From the NCBI GenBank assembly GCA_963843845.1, contig CAWJMB010000002.1:2304001-2368000 (forward strand): a DNA stretch of 64,000 bases, given 5' to 3'. Under the pieces are notes generated by a model. That model made no database searches. It had not been told where the DNA came from and worked only from the letters and a program-made list of their open reading frames with translations. Source of the DNA: an uncultured Gemmatimonadaceae bacterium. Lineage in GTDB: Bacteria > Gemmatimonadota > Gemmatimonadetes > Gemmatimonadales > Gemmatimonadaceae. Positions 9,778-30,572 of this stretch are shown here, in pieces (position 1 is the first letter of the stretch; each line of letters opens with the position of its first letter). The position numbers and the translations under genes are program-made.

Positions 9778-11880
9778 CGCGCCGCACGCAGCTCGGCGAG
9801 CGTGCCGGGGCGCCCTTTCGGCGCGCCGCCGTGTCCGCTCCCGTCGCCGAACCGCGCACGCAGGTCGAACAGCTGGTCGCGCAGCCGCGCCGCCTGCTCG
9901 AAGTCCAGCGCGACCGCCGCCTGCTTCATCTCCCCCTCCAAGCGTGCGATGAGCGCGGCGGGGTCCGACGTATCGTAATGCGGCGCCGACTCGGCCACCT
10001 TCGCCCGCTTGTCACCGCGCTTCTTCGATGACTTCTCTGCCTCGTCGCGCTCCTCGCGGGCGTCGGCGACGCGGGTGACGAACCGCACGTCGGCGATGCT
10101 CTTCGCGACCGTCGTCGGCATGATGCCGTGCGCGAGATTGTGCTCGCGTCTGGATCTCGCGCCGCCGCGTCGTCTCTTCGATGCACCGCTGCATCGAGCC
10201 GGTGATGCGGTCGGCGTAGAAGATCGCGCGCCCGTTGACGTGCCGCGCCGCGCGACCGACGGTCTGGATGAGCGAGCGGTCGCTGCGCAGGAATCCTTCC
10301 TGGTCCGCGTCGAGGATCGCGACGAGCGACACCTCGGGCATGTCGAGCCCTTCGCGAAGAAGGTTGATGCCGACGAGCACGTCGAACTCGCCGAGTCGGA
10401 GCCCGCGCACGATCTCCATGCGCTCGATCGCGTCGATGTCCGAGTGCATGTAGCGAACGCGCACGCCGACCTGCTGCAGGTAGTCGGTGAGGTCCTCCGA
10501 CATCCGCTTCGTGAGCGTCGTGACGAGCACGCGCTCGCCCTTGCGCTCGCGCAGCCGGATCTCGCCCAGCAGATCGTCGACCTGTCCACGGACGGGACGG
10601 ATCTCGATCTCCGGATCGATGAGCCCCGTCGGCCGGATCACCTGCTCGACGACCGCCCCCTCGCTGAGCTGGAGCTCGAGCTCGCCCGGCGTCGCCGACA
10701 CGGCGATCATCTCGCGGCGTGAGCGCGAGAAACTCGTCGAAGATCAGCGGCCGGTTGTCGAGCGCGCTCGGCAGCCGGAATCCGTAGTCGACGAGCGTCA
10801 GCTTGCGCGCGCGGTCGCCATTGTACATCCCGCGGATCTGCGGCAGCGTCACGTGGCTCTCGTCGACGACGACGAGGAAGTCCTCCGGGAAATAGTCGAA
10901 CAGACACGCCGGCCGCTCGCCGGCGACGCGCCCCGAGAGGTGCCGCGAGTAGTTCTCGATCCCGGCGCACGTCCCGATCTCGAGCATCATCTCGATGTCG
11001 AAGTTCGTCGCGGCTCTCGAGCCGCTGCGCTTCGAGCAGCTTGTGCTCGGTGCGCAGGATCGTCAGCCGCTCGTCCAGCTCCGCGCGGATCGCCTTCACC
11101 GCGCGCTCGATCGTCGGGCGGTTCGTGATGAAGTGCTTCGCCGGGTAGATCGCCGTCTGCTCGAGCGTCGCGATCGTCTCGCCGGTGACGACGTTGATCT
11201 TCGAGATGCGCTCGATCTCGTCGCCCCACATCTCGACCCGCACGCCCTGCTCCTCGTACGCCGGGAAGATCTCGACGGTGTCGCCGCGCACGCGGAACGT
11301 GCCGCGCTCGAACGCGACGTCGTTGCGGTTGTACTGGATCCCGACGAGCTGCCGCAGGATGTCGTCGCGCGGAATGCGCTGCCCGCGCGCGAGCTGCACC
11401 ATGCGCTCGCGGTACTGCACCGGGTCGCCGAGTCCGTAGATCGCGCTGACCGTCGAGACGATGATGACGTCCGTCGCGCTCCATGAGACTCGACGTCGCG
11501 CGCAGCCGCAGCCGATCGATGTCCTCGTTGATCGACGCGTCCTTCTCGATGTACGTGTCGCTCGACGGGACGTACGCTTCCGGCTGGTAGTAGTCGTAGT
11601 ACGAGATGAAGTACTCGACCGCGTTCTGCGGGAAGAAGCTCTTCAGCTCCCCGTAGAGCTGCGCCGCGAGCGTCTTGTTGTGCGACAGCACGAGCGTCGG
11701 GCGCGCGTGGTGCTTGATGACGTTCGCGACCGTCATCGTCTTCCCCGACCCGGTGACGCCCAACAGCGTCTGGAAGCGGTCGCCGCGATCGAGCCCCGCC
11801 GAGAGCTCCACGATGGCCCGTGGCTGATCCCCGGCAGGCTGAAACGGCGCTTGCAGGTCGAACGCGGCGCGGTCGGTCAT
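9774..11880 (-). CDS. uvrB: Excinuclease ABC subunit B (several frameshifts)
   Basis: [36 protein letters not shown] and a C-terminal UVR domain ([11 protein letters not shown]) spread over five frame segments. Confidence 0.95.
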
Positions 11881-11916
11881 CCCGGAATCTAACGGATTCT
11901 GTTCGGGGCGCCGCGA

Positions 11917-14103
11917 CTAGTCGTCGGACAGGTCCAGCCGCTCACGGCGCGCCACATCGGTGATGCCTTTCACCCGCCGCGCCGCGCGAATGATCTTCTG
12001 CAGGTGCGACAGATTCTCGACCTCGACGACGATCGAGCCGAGCGCGCGGCCGTCGTTGGTCCTGAGCTCGAGGTGGCGGATGTCGGTGCCGGTGCTCGTC
12101 ACGGCGCCCGTGACATCGGCCAGGAGGCCGCGGCGGTCGTGCCCTTCGAGCGTGAGACGCACGGTGAACCGCTCCCCCGCCTGCTCCTGCCAGTCGATGT
12201 CGAGCCGACGCTCGGGCTCGTGAACCAGCATGAGCAGGTTCGGGCAGTCCGCCCGGTGAATGCTCACGCCGCGCCCGCGGGTGACGTAGCCCACGACCTG
12301 GTCTCCCGGCACCGGCTGACAGCACTGCGCGTAGCGCACCATCATCCCATCGGCGCCCTGAATGCGGACACCCTTCGACGCGCCGCGGAACTTGTCGACC
12401 AGGCGCTCCAGGGCGCTCGGCGCTTTCGGCTCCTCGGGGGCGGCGGCGAGCTCGGGATAGACGGCGCGCAGCACGGTGAGCACGGGAACGTCGCCCTGGC
12501 CGATCGACGCGATCAGGTGCGGCACGTCCGACAGCTTGAGCTGGCGCGCGACGCCTGACAGCTGGCCGTCGTCGATCTTCGCGAGCTTGCGGCGGCGCAG
12601 CTCGCGGTCGAGCATCTCCCGCCCGACCTTCGCCGCCGTCTTCTGCTCCTCGACGCGGAGCCACTGCCGGATCTTGTGCCGCGCGCGGCTCGTCTGCACG
12701 TGCGCCAGCCAGTCGCGGCTCGGCTTCGCGGTCGACGACGTGAGGATCTCGACCTTGTCCGAGTTCTTGAGCTGCCGCGCGAGCGGGGCGATGCGGTCGT
12801 TCACCTTCGCGCCGCCGCAGTGCAGCCCGATCTCGGTGTGCACCGCGAACGCGAAGTCGATCGGCGTGGCGCCCTTCGGCAGCTGGATGACGTCGCCGGT
12901 CGGCGTGAAGACGAAGATCTCGTCCTGATACAGATCGAGCTTCAGGAACTCGAGGAACTCGTCCGGATCCTTCGCGTCGAGCTGCAGCTCCAGCACCTGC
13001 CGGAACCACGCGAGGTGTCGCTCGAGCTCGTCGCCGTTCGCCGCGTTCGCCTCCTTGTAGCGCCAGTGCGCGGCGATGCCGTAATCCGCCGTCCGGTGCA
13101 TGTCGCGCGTGCGGATCTGGATCTCGAACAGGTGCTTGGCCGGTCCGAACACCGTCGTGTGCAGCGACTGATAGCCGTTCGACTTCGGCTGCGCGATGTA
13201 GTCCTTGATGCGCTCCTGTACCGGCGTCCAGTGCTCGTGAATGACGCCTAACGCGTGGTAGCACTCGGGGACCGACGTCACGAGCACGCGGATCGCGAGC
13301 AGGTCGTAGATCTCCTCGTAGGGCCGATCGCGCTTCTTCATCTTCTTGTAGATCGACCAGAGGTGCTTCGGCCGGCCGGCGACGTCGATGACGTCGATCC
13401 CCGCGCCGCGCAGATGCCGTTCGAGCGGCGCCCGCAGCTGCGTGATCAGCGCCTCGCGCTCGGCGCGCTTCGTCGCGACGAGCTTCGCCAGGGTGCGGTA
13501 TTCGTCGGGTTCGAGGTGCTTGAACGCGAGGTCCTCCAGCTCCCACCGGATCTTCGCCATGCCGAACCGGTGGGCGAGCGGCGCGTACAGGTCGCGCGTC
13601 TCCTGCGCGATGCGCTTCCGCTTCTCGGGCGCGAGATAGTCGAGCGTCCGCATGTTGTGCAGCCGGTCGGCGAGCTTGATCAGGATGACGCGCGCATCCT
13701 TCGCCACCGAGACGAGCAGCTTCCGATAGTTCTCGACCTGCCGCTCCTGCGTCGAGTGCATCGGCAGCGTGCCGATCTTCGTCACCCCGTCGACGATGAG
13801 CGCGATCTCGCTCCCGAAGTCGCGCTCGATGTCGGCGACCGACACCGTGCTGTTGTCCTCGACGACATCGTGCAGCAAGCCCGCGGCGACGGTCACCGTG
13901 TCGAGCTGCAGGTCGGCGAGCGTCTTCGCGACTTCGACACAGTGCGTGACGTACGGCTCGCCCGACGAGCGCGTCTGCCCTTCGTGCGCGCGCTCGCTGA
14001 ATCGGTACGCGCGCACGAGCAGGTCGGGATCGAGCCGCTCGTGCACTTCGTTCGCCGTGAGATCCCACCCGGGGATCTGCTCGCTCAGAACCGTCGTCGC
14101 CAT
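11917..14103 (-). CDS. relA: Bifunctional (p)ppGpp synthetase/hydrolase (long RSH)
   Basis: HD motif LLHDVVED, KLADRLHN, NGYQSLHTT, TGS domain, CC motif and ACT domain; intact 728 aa ORF. Confidence 0.96.
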   Translation of the reverse strand: MATTVLSEQIPGWDLTANEVHERLDPDLLVRAYRFSERAHEGQTRSSGEPYVTHCVEVAKTLADLQLDTVTVAAGLLHDVVEDNSTVSVADIERDFGSEIALIVDGVTKIGTLPMHSTQERQVENYRKLLVSVAKDARVILIKLADRLHNMRTLDYLAPEKRKRIAQETRDLYAPLAHRFGMAKIRWELEDLAFKHLEPDEYRTLAKLVATKRAEREALITQLRAPLERHLRGAGIDVIDVAGRPKHLWSIYKKMKKRDRPYEEIYDLLAIRVLVTSVPECYHALGVIHEHWTPVQERIKDYIAQPKSNGYQSLHTTVFGPAKHLFEIQIRTRDMHRTADYGIAAHWRYKEANAANGDELERHLAWFRQVLELQLDAKDPDEFLEFLKLDLYQDEIFVFTPTGDVIQLPKGATPIDFAFAVHTEIGLHCGGAKVNDRIAPLARQLKNSDKVEILTSSTAKPSRDWLAHVQTSRARHKIRQWLRVEEQKTAAKVGREMLDRELRRRKLAKIDDGQLSGVARQLKLSDVPHLIASIGQGDVPVLTVLRAVYPELAAAPEEPKAPSALERLVDKFRGASKGVRIQGADGMMVRYAQCCQPVPGDQVVGYVTRGRGVSIHRADCPNLLMLVHEPERRLDIDWQEQAGERFTVRLTLEGHDRRGLLADVTGAVTSTGTDIRHLELRTNDGRALGSIVVEVENLSHLQKIIRAARRVKGITDVARRERLDLSDD

Positions 14104-14124
14104 GTCGACCGGGAAGGTACTCCT

Positions 14125-14907
14125 CTAGAGAATCCCCGCCTCCGCGAAGCTCACGAACCGCCCGCGCCCCACGATGATGTGGTCGTGCACCGGAATATCG
14201 AGCAATCGACCGGCCGCGACCAACTGATCGGTCACCGCGCGGTCCTCCGGCGAGGGCGTCGGGTCGCCGCTCGGATGATTGTGCACCAGCACGATCGCGG
14301 CCGCGCGCTCCGCGATCGCCTCACGGAACACCTCGCGCGGATGCACGAGCGAGGAATTCAGGATCCCGCGCGTGACCATGATGTCGCGATCCAGCCGGTG
14401 CTGCGCGTCGAGGACCGCCACATGGAACTCTTCGACGGCCAGATCCTGCAGCTTGCCGACGTACGCATGATACACGTCGCGCGGCGATCGGATCGGCACG
14501 CCCTCGTCGCGCCCCTCGTCGCTGAGCCGTCGCCCCAGCTCGAGCGCCGCATGGATGGCCACCGCGCGCGCCGGCCCGACGCCCGGCACCTCCGTGAGCG
14601 ACGCGACCGGTTGAGACGCCACGCGCCGCAGCGAGCCGTCGGCGCGCTCGAGCACCGCCTGTGCGACCCCGATCGCCGACGCGGTGCTCGTTCCACTTCC
14701 CAGCACGATCGCCAGGAGCTCGGCCGAACTGAGGGCCTGCGGACCGAGCCCCTTCAGCCGCTCGCGCGGTCGTTCGGCGCGCGGCAACTCCCGAATCGTG
14801 CAGCGGCTCGGTGTGCCAGCACTCGGTGTGCCAGCGCTCGGTGTGCCAGCGCCCGGCGTCGTCCGCGCGATCCGCCGACGAGGCGCGCGTTCCATCGTGG
14901 TGTCCAT
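14125..14907 (-). CDS. radC: RadC-family JAB-domain protein
   Basis: ERPRERL, VHPREVF, HNHPSGDPTPSPED, DHII. Confidence 0.93.
   Translation of the reverse strand: MDTTMERAPRRRIARTTPGAGTPSAGTPSAGTPSRCTIRELPRAERPRERLKGLGPQALSSAELLAIVLGSGTSTASAIGVAQAVLERADGSLRRVASQPVASLTEVPGVGPARAVAIHAALELGRRLSDEGRDEGVPIRSPRDVYHAYVGKLQDLAVEEFHVAVLDAQHRLDRDIMVTRGILNSSLVHPREVFREAIAERAAAIVLVHNHPSGDPTPSPEDRAVTDQLVAAGRLLDIPVHDHIIVGRGRFVSFAEAGIL
14807..14851. repeat. 3 x 15-bp tandem repeat in radC (encodes AGTPS x3)
   Basis: ctcggtgtgccagc[a/g] repeated three times. Confidence 0.9.
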
Positions 14908-15135
14908 GTCGTCTCCGCCGCCCACGGCGGCAGCCGGCCGACGCGTGGCGAGCGTCGGCGGTCGGGACGACGTCGAACGAAGTGCGCGACGCCGCCTGCC
15001 GCGACGAGCATCGCGCATTCTCCTCGACGTGCGGTCTCCTGACGACGAGGCCGTACCGAACGAATGCGCGACGGGGCGGACGCCACCTCGGCGTCCGCCC
15101 CGCGCATCCGACCCATCCGACCGCCGACGCCGACG

Positions 15136-18562
<3,427 letters not shown>

Positions 18563-18570
18563 CGAATCCC

Positions 18571-19173
18571 CTAGCGGTACAGCCCCGCCGCTTCGATGAA
18601 GTCGGCGACGCTCTCGGGAACGAATCCCCGAATCGAAAGACCTGCGTGAACGCGGGCGCGAATCTCGGTAGACGACAGATCGACCCGCCGCGTCTCGACG
18701 ACGAGCGGCGGGCCCCCGACCGATGCCGAACCAATGCCAGCGAAGTCGGCCATCCCGGCAGCCGTCGCGTTCGTCGCCCGTGTGAGCACGACGAGCGTCG
18801 CGAGCCGGCGAACGCCGGCCGGATCGCGCCACCGATGAAACGACGAGACCACGTCCGCGCCGACGAGCAGGAATCGCTCGTCGGCAGGCGCACGCGCCGC
18901 GATCGCCCTCAGCGTGTCGACCATGAAAGATAACCCGCCCCGGTCGATTTCGATCGGGTCGACCTCGAAGCGGGAGTCCCCAGCCACGAGGAGTCGCGTC
19001 ATGGCAAGACGGCCCGCGGCGTCTGCCGATATGACCCCCGCCTTCAGCGGCTGCGTCGCCGCCGGGATCAGGACGACGCGATCGAGCCCCAGTCGCTCCA
19101 GCGCGTCGATGGCGACGAGGCGGTGCCCCAGATGCGGCGGGTCGAACGTACCGCCGAAGATTCCGACGCGCAT
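18571..19173 (-). CDS. nadD: Nicotinate-nucleotide adenylyltransferase
   Basis: GIFGGTFDPPHLGH and LSSTEIR motifs. Confidence 0.95.
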   Translation of the reverse strand: MRVGIFGGTFDPPHLGHRLVAIDALERLGLDRVVLIPAATQPLKAGVISADAAGRLAMTRLLVAGDSRFEVDPIEIDRGGLSFMVDTLRAIAARAPADERFLLVGADVVSSFHRWRDPAGVRRLATLVVLTRATNATAAGMADFAGIGSASVGGPPLVVETRRVDLSSTEIRARVHAGLSIRGFVPESVADFIEAAGLYR

Positions 19174-19198
19174 GCGCGCGGCTCGCACCGCCGCCGAA

Positions 19199-19999
19199 CT
19201 ACGAACGCGGCGCGCGCGACGTGTCGGTCGCCGGACGCATCGAGTCGACCGCGACGCCCGGACTCACGACGCCGGCGCACGCCTGCGCGATCGCGGCATC
19301 GTCGGGATAGAACTTCCGCGCCTCGGCGCAGATCTCGACGGTCTCCTCCTTGTAGTTGATCGCGCGGAAGGCGACGACCATACGGAGGTACGAGTCGTGG
19401 GCGGCGGGGGTGCCCGGATACTTCGTAGTCACGTCACGGAAGTAGATCAGCGCAGGGTCATACGCCTTCCGACGCATGTAGTGCTCGCCGTTCTCGAAGT
19501 CCTTCTGCGCGAACATCGCGTTCAGCTTCGCGATCCGCTCGCCCACCTGCGGAACGAGCTTCGAGTCGGGGTAGAGCGACAGCAGCTGCCGGTAGGTCAC
19601 CAGCGCCGTCTGTCCGTACTGCGGATCGAGCGTCGGCTTGCGCCACAGCGCCTGGTACTCGGCGCCCGCCTGGAACAGGGCGTCGTCGGCGATCGAGTCG
19701 TCGGGAAAGGCGTCGAGAATGCGGGAGTACGATTGCGCGGCGAGCAGGTGCTCGTCCTTCCGCGCGTGCGTCTGGGCCTGGTACCAGTAGACGTCGGCCA
19801 GCAGCGTGTCGCGCGACGGCAGCTGCGACGCGAGCAAGTCGAAGCCGGCGAGCGCATTGTCCCACTTGCGCCGCTCGTACTGCTGCACCGACGCGCGGTA
19901 CAGGTCGAGCGTCGTCGGGAACTTGCGCGGCTGGAAGCTCTGCGCGCAGGCCGCCAGGGCGACCAGCCCGGCGAACGAGAATAGCCGAATCCGAAGCAT
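19199..19999 (-). CDS. bamD: Outer-membrane assembly lipoprotein BamD
   Basis: Lipobox LAAC; TPR repeats; LDPQYGQTA...YPDS...AQKDFENGEHY pattern. Confidence 0.85.
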   Translation of the reverse strand: MLRIRLFSFAGLVALAACAQSFQPRKFPTTLDLYRASVQQYERRKWDNALAGFDLLASQLPSRDTLLADVYWYQAQTHARKDEHLLAAQSYSRILDAFPDDSIADDALFQAGAEYQALWRKPTLDPQYGQTALVTYRQLLSLYPDSKLVPQVGERIAKLNAMFAQKDFENGEHYMRRKAYDPALIYFRDVTTKYPGTPAAHDSYLRMVVAFRAINYKEETVEICAEARKFYPDDAAIAQACAGVVSPGVAVDSMRPATDTSRAPRS

Positions 20000-20117
20000 T
20001 GCGAGGTTGGTACCCACCAGGCGGATCGAGGGTTCGCGGGTGGCCCAAACAGCGCGAGGCGGAGCAGATCGCCCCGCCTCGCCAGACCGCCCCGCCAACC
20101 TCCGCGAGCGGCGAAAG

Positions 20118-21485
<1,368 letters not shown>

Positions 21486-21543
21486 CGGAACTCTCGTGGT
21501 GCGTGGATCGTGCGAGACGGGGTTCGACGAACGCTCGACGTGC

Positions 21544-22657
21544 CTAACGACCGTAGAAGGCGCGGACTGCCGCGACCACTTCCTCGAGCTGCGACTGCGC
21601 GAGCTCGGGGAAGACCGGGAGCGACAGCACCTCGGCGGATGCGCGTTCCGATTCCGGGCACTCCCCGCGCCGGTAGCCGAGGTACGCGAAGCAGGGCTGC
21701 AGGTGCAGCGGCAGCGGGTAGTAGACCGACGTCCCGATCCCCAGCGCCTTGAGGTGGGCCTGCAGGTCGTCGCGGCGGTCGGCGCGGATCGTGTACTGGT
21801 TGTAGATCGACTCGTTCTGCGGCGCCACGTAGGGGGTGCGGATCTCCGCGACGTCGGCGAGCGCCTGGTCGTAGAACGCCGCGTTCGCGCGCCGCGACGC
21901 GCTCCACTTGGCGAGGTGCGGCAGCTTGGCGCGCAGGATCGCCGCCTGCAGCGCGTCGAGTCGGCTGTTGAAGCCGACTTCTTCGTGGTAGTAGGTCTTG
22001 AGCCCGCCGTGCGTGCGGAGGCGCGAGAGCCGGAGCGCGAGCGCGTCGTCCTGCGTGACGATCATCCCGCCGTCGCCGTAGCCGCCGAGGTTCTTCGACG
22101 GGAAGAAGCTGAACGTCCCGATCGTCGCGACCTCGCCCGCCATGCGCCACTCGCCGTCGATGTTTCGACGCGCGCCGATCGACTGTGCCGCGTCCTCGAT
22201 GACCGGAATGCCCGGCGCCGCGCGCATCACCTGCTCGACGTTCGCCATCTGCCCGAAGAGGTCGACCGGGATGATCGCCTTCGTGTTCGACGTGACGGCG
22301 GCCGCGGCGGCCGCGGGCGAGATGTTGAACGTGTCGGGTTCGATGTCGACGAACACCGGCCGCGCGCCGACGTTGTGCATCGCGCCGGCCGTCGCGAAGA
22401 ACGTGAACGGCGACGTGACGACTTCCGTCGCCCGGGCCGGCGTCGACGGCGCGCAGAGCGAGCAGCAGCGCGTCGGTGCCGTTCGCACAGCCGATCGCGT
22501 GCCGTGTATTCGACAGCGCGGCGACGTCGCGCTCGAACGCCGCGACCGGCTCGCCGAGGATGAAGGTCTGCGCATCGACGACGGCCATCATCGCGGCGAC
22601 GACGTCGTCGCGGATCGTGGCGTGTTGCGCGCGGAGATCGAGAAGCGGTACAGGCAT
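21544..22657 (-). CDS. DegT/DnrJ/EryC1/StrS PLP-dependent aminotransferase (frameshift near 22430)
   Basis: MPVPLLDL, ANGTDAL, EDAAQ, FSFFPSKNLGGYGDGG, NSRLD. Confidence 0.93.
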
Positions 22658-22748
22658 CGTGCGAAGCAGATCGATGGAATGGGACGCGCGGCGGGCGGCG
22701 CGGCCGGCAGCGCCGCGGAACGCCGTCGCTTACTGACGACGGAACAGC

Positions 22749-28040
<5,292 letters not shown>

Positions 28041-28079
28041 TCATACGACCGACCGAGCCTCAGGCAACCTGCGCGCGGG

Positions 28080-28298
28080 TCAGACCGCCGCGACGCCGCG
28101 CGGCGCCCGCTTCACCTTCCCGGCGCCGAGGCAACCGGTGCAGACCTTCACCTTGATGATCTTGCCGTCGGCCTCGATGCGCGCGACCTGCAAGTTCGGC
28201 CGCCAGGTGCGGCGCGTCTTGTTGTTCGCGTGCGAGACATTGTTGCCGTACGCGACGCCCTTGTCACAGACGTAGCAGCGGCTGCGGTTGATAGCCAT
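28080..28298 (-). CDS. rpmB: 50S ribosomal protein L28
   Basis: [28 protein letters not shown]. Confidence 0.96.
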   Translation of the reverse strand: MAINRSRCYVCDKGVAYGNNVSHANNKTRRTWRPNLQVARIEADGKIIKVKVCTGCLGAGKVKRAPRGVAAV

Positions 28299-28311
28299 GT
28301 GCCTGCTCTCC

Positions 28312-28668
28312 TCAGCGCTCGACGAGCTCGATGCGCGCCATGTCGGCGCCGTCGCCCCGGCGGTGCCCCAGCTTCAGGATGCGGGTGTACCCGCCCGCGC
28401 GTGTCGCGAACTTCGGCCCGACCTCGCGGAACAGCTTGTCGGCCGTCTCGCGCTTCTGCACGTGACGCCCGGCGAGTCGCCGCGCGTGCAGCGTGCCGTG
28501 CTTCGCCTTCGTGATCAGCTTCTCGACGAACGGGCGCAGCTCTTTGGCCTTCGCCTCGGTCGTCTCGATCGCGCCCGCTTCGATCAGCGAGGACGCGAGG
28601 TTGCGCAGCAGCGCGAGGCGCTGCTCGCTCGTGCGGCGTAGCTGCCGCCCAGCCTTGCGGTGACGCAT
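28312..28668 (-). CDS. rplQ: 50S ribosomal protein L17
   Basis: [10 protein letters not shown]...TTEAKAKE...GGYTRI. Confidence 0.97.
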   Translation of the reverse strand: MRHRKAGRQLRRTSEQRLALLRNLASSLIEAGAIETTEAKAKELRPFVEKLITKAKHGTLHARRLAGRHVQKRETADKLFREVGPKFATRAGGYTRILKLGHRRGDGADMARIELVER

Positions 28669-28671
28669 GGG

Positions 28672-29748
28672 TTACTCCTCGTCCTCGTCCTCTGGCGCGT
28701 TCGCGGCGGCTCGGCTCGGTGCGGTTCCCCAATCGGTGATCCGTACTCCGCCGTCGCTCGTCTCCTCGTAGCGCATACCGAAGTTGAGTCCCTGCGTCTC
28801 GAGGAGATCAGCGATCTCCTGCAGGGACTTCTTGCCGAAATTCTTGACCTGCAGAATCTGGTTCTCCGTCTGCCGAACCAGATCGCCCAACGTGCGGATG
28901 TTCGAGTTCTTGAGCGAATTCACGCTCCGCACCGACAGTTCGAGATCGTCGATCGACGTCCGCAGCGAATCGCCGAGTCGAGCGGCGTCAGCCCCGTTGC
29001 CGTCGCCGGCCACGCCGACACTCGCCGCCGAGTGCGAGCCGAAGCCCGCGAAGTACTGGAAGTGTGTCTGCGCGAGCGCCGCGGCGTAGCTCACCGCCTC
29101 TTCAGGCGTGATCGTTCCGTTGGTCTCGACCGTCAGCGTGAGCCGATCGTAGTCCGTCCGCTGGCCGACGCGCGTCTCGGCGACCGAGAAGTTCGCACGA
29201 CGCACGGGGTTGTAGATCGAGTCGACGCGCACGAGATCGACCGGCAGTCCGCGATCGACCGGGTGCTGGTCGCTCTCGACGTAGCCACGACCCTTGTTGA
29301 CGTAGAGCTCGATGTTCAGCTCGCGGTCTTCCTGCAGCGTGAAGAGGTGGTGCGACGGATCGACGACGCGAACGCCCGAGGCGCCCTGGATGTCGCCGGC
29401 CGTGACCGGCCCCGACTCGGTCTTCTGAATGCGCAGCACCGCCGTGTCGACATCGTCGTCCAGCGTCAGCGTCAGCGTCTTCAGATTGCCGATGATCTGG
29501 TGTACGTCTTCGACGACGCCGTTGATCGTCTGATGCTCGTGCACGACGCCGTCGATGCGAAAGCCCCACACCGCCGCGCCCCGGAGCGACGACAAGAGCA
29601 GCCGGCGCATCGAGTTACCGAGCGTATAGCCGAAGCCGCGCTCCAGTGGCTGGAGCCGGAACTCGGCGAGATTCGGCGTGTCCGCGCCGCGCGTCGCTTC
29701 GACGAACTGAGGGCGGACGAGGCCGCGAAGATCTATCGTGGTAGCCAT
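28672..29748 (-). CDS. rpoA: RNA polymerase alpha subunit
   Basis: PLERGFGYTLGNSMRRLLLSS; alpha-CTD LELSVRSVNSLK..NFGKKSL. Confidence 0.98.
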   Translation of the reverse strand: MATTIDLRGLVRPQFVEATRGADTPNLAEFRLQPLERGFGYTLGNSMRRLLLSSLRGAAVWGFRIDGVVHEHQTINGVVEDVHQIIGNLKTLTLTLDDDVDTAVLRIQKTESGPVTAGDIQGASGVRVVDPSHHLFTLQEDRELNIELYVNKGRGYVESDQHPVDRGLPVDLVRVDSIYNPVRRANFSVAETRVGQRTDYDRLTLTVETNGTITPEEAVSYAAALAQTHFQYFAGFGSHSAASVGVAGDGNGADAARLGDSLRTSIDDLELSVRSVNSLKNSNIRTLGDLVRQTENQILQVKNFGKKSLQEIADLLETQGLNFGMRYEETSDGGVRITDWGTAPSRAAANAPEDEDEE

Positions 29749-29773
29749 GAGAATGCGTGTCCTGTTGGTCTCA

Positions 29774-29913
29774 GCCGAGGATACTCTCTCGGCGACGCTC
29801 TGCCCCGCCCTTCACGCGCGGCAGACTCGTAGAGGGGTGAAGGCCCCGACCCCACTCGGGACTCGGGGCCCGGGACGCGGTCGTCGGAAGTGATCCGACA
29901 GCCCCGCGTCCCG
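29774..29913 (-). promoter_or_regulatory. Structured rpsD-rpoA intergenic RNA (hairpins plus candidate pseudoknot)
   Basis: Several perfect complementary segment pairs; detailed under findings. Confidence 0.5.
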
Positions 29914-29936
29914 AGCCCCGTGGCCCGGCAGTGCTG

Positions 29937-30569
29937 TTACTTCGAGTAGAGCTCGACGACGAGCTGTTCCTGCGCCGCGATCGGGATGCTCGGCCGCTGA
30001 GGCCGCTCGAGCATGCGGCCCGAGAACGACTCCTTGTCGACCGCGATCCACGCGAGCGGCGCGCCGCGCGACGACTGATCCATCGCCGACATCACGCCGA
30101 CGTTGTCGCGCGACGCCTGCTTCACGCGGAGCTCCTCGCCCGGGCGGACCTGGTAGCTCGGCACGTCGACCGACTTGCCGTTGATCTCGACGTGGCGGTG
30201 CCGGATGAGCTGCCGCGCCGCCTTCCGGCTCGCCGCGAAGCCCATGCGATACACGATGTTGTCGAGACGGCTCTCGAGCGCGGCCAGCAGATTGTGACCG
30301 GTGATCCCCGGCAGCGTGCTGACCTTCTCGAACGTGTTGCGGAACTGCTTCTCGCTCACGCCGTAGATGCGCTTGATCTTCTGCTTCTCACGCAGCTGCT
30401 TGGCGTACTCGCTCGTCTTGCGACGGCGGGAGGTGTTCTGCCCATGCTGTCCCGGAGCGTACGGACGACGCTCGACGGGGCACTTCTCGGTGAAGCACTT
30501 GGTGCCTTTGAGGAACAACTTCGTTCCCTCGCGGCGGCATTGACGGCAGCTCGGACCAGTGTAACGCAT
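29937..30569 (-). CDS. rpsD: 30S ribosomal protein S4
   Basis: CRQCRREG..LFLKG, QLREKQK, LESRLDN. Confidence 0.98.
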   Translation of the reverse strand: MRYTGPSCRQCRREGTKLFLKGTKCFTEKCPVERRPYAPGQHGQNTSRRRKTSEYAKQLREKQKIKRIYGVSEKQFRNTFEKVSTLPGITGHNLLAALESRLDNIVYRMGFAASRKAARQLIRHRHVEINGKSVDVPSYQVRPGEELRVKQASRDNVGVMSAMDQSSRGAPLAWIAVDKESFSGRMLERPQRPSIPIAAQEQLVVELYSK

Positions 30570-30572
30570 CGG

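Noticed and set aside
14125..14907. radC as a marker of a mobile element
   Set aside because: It is the full-length chromosomal type between secA and rel, with no mobility genes around it.
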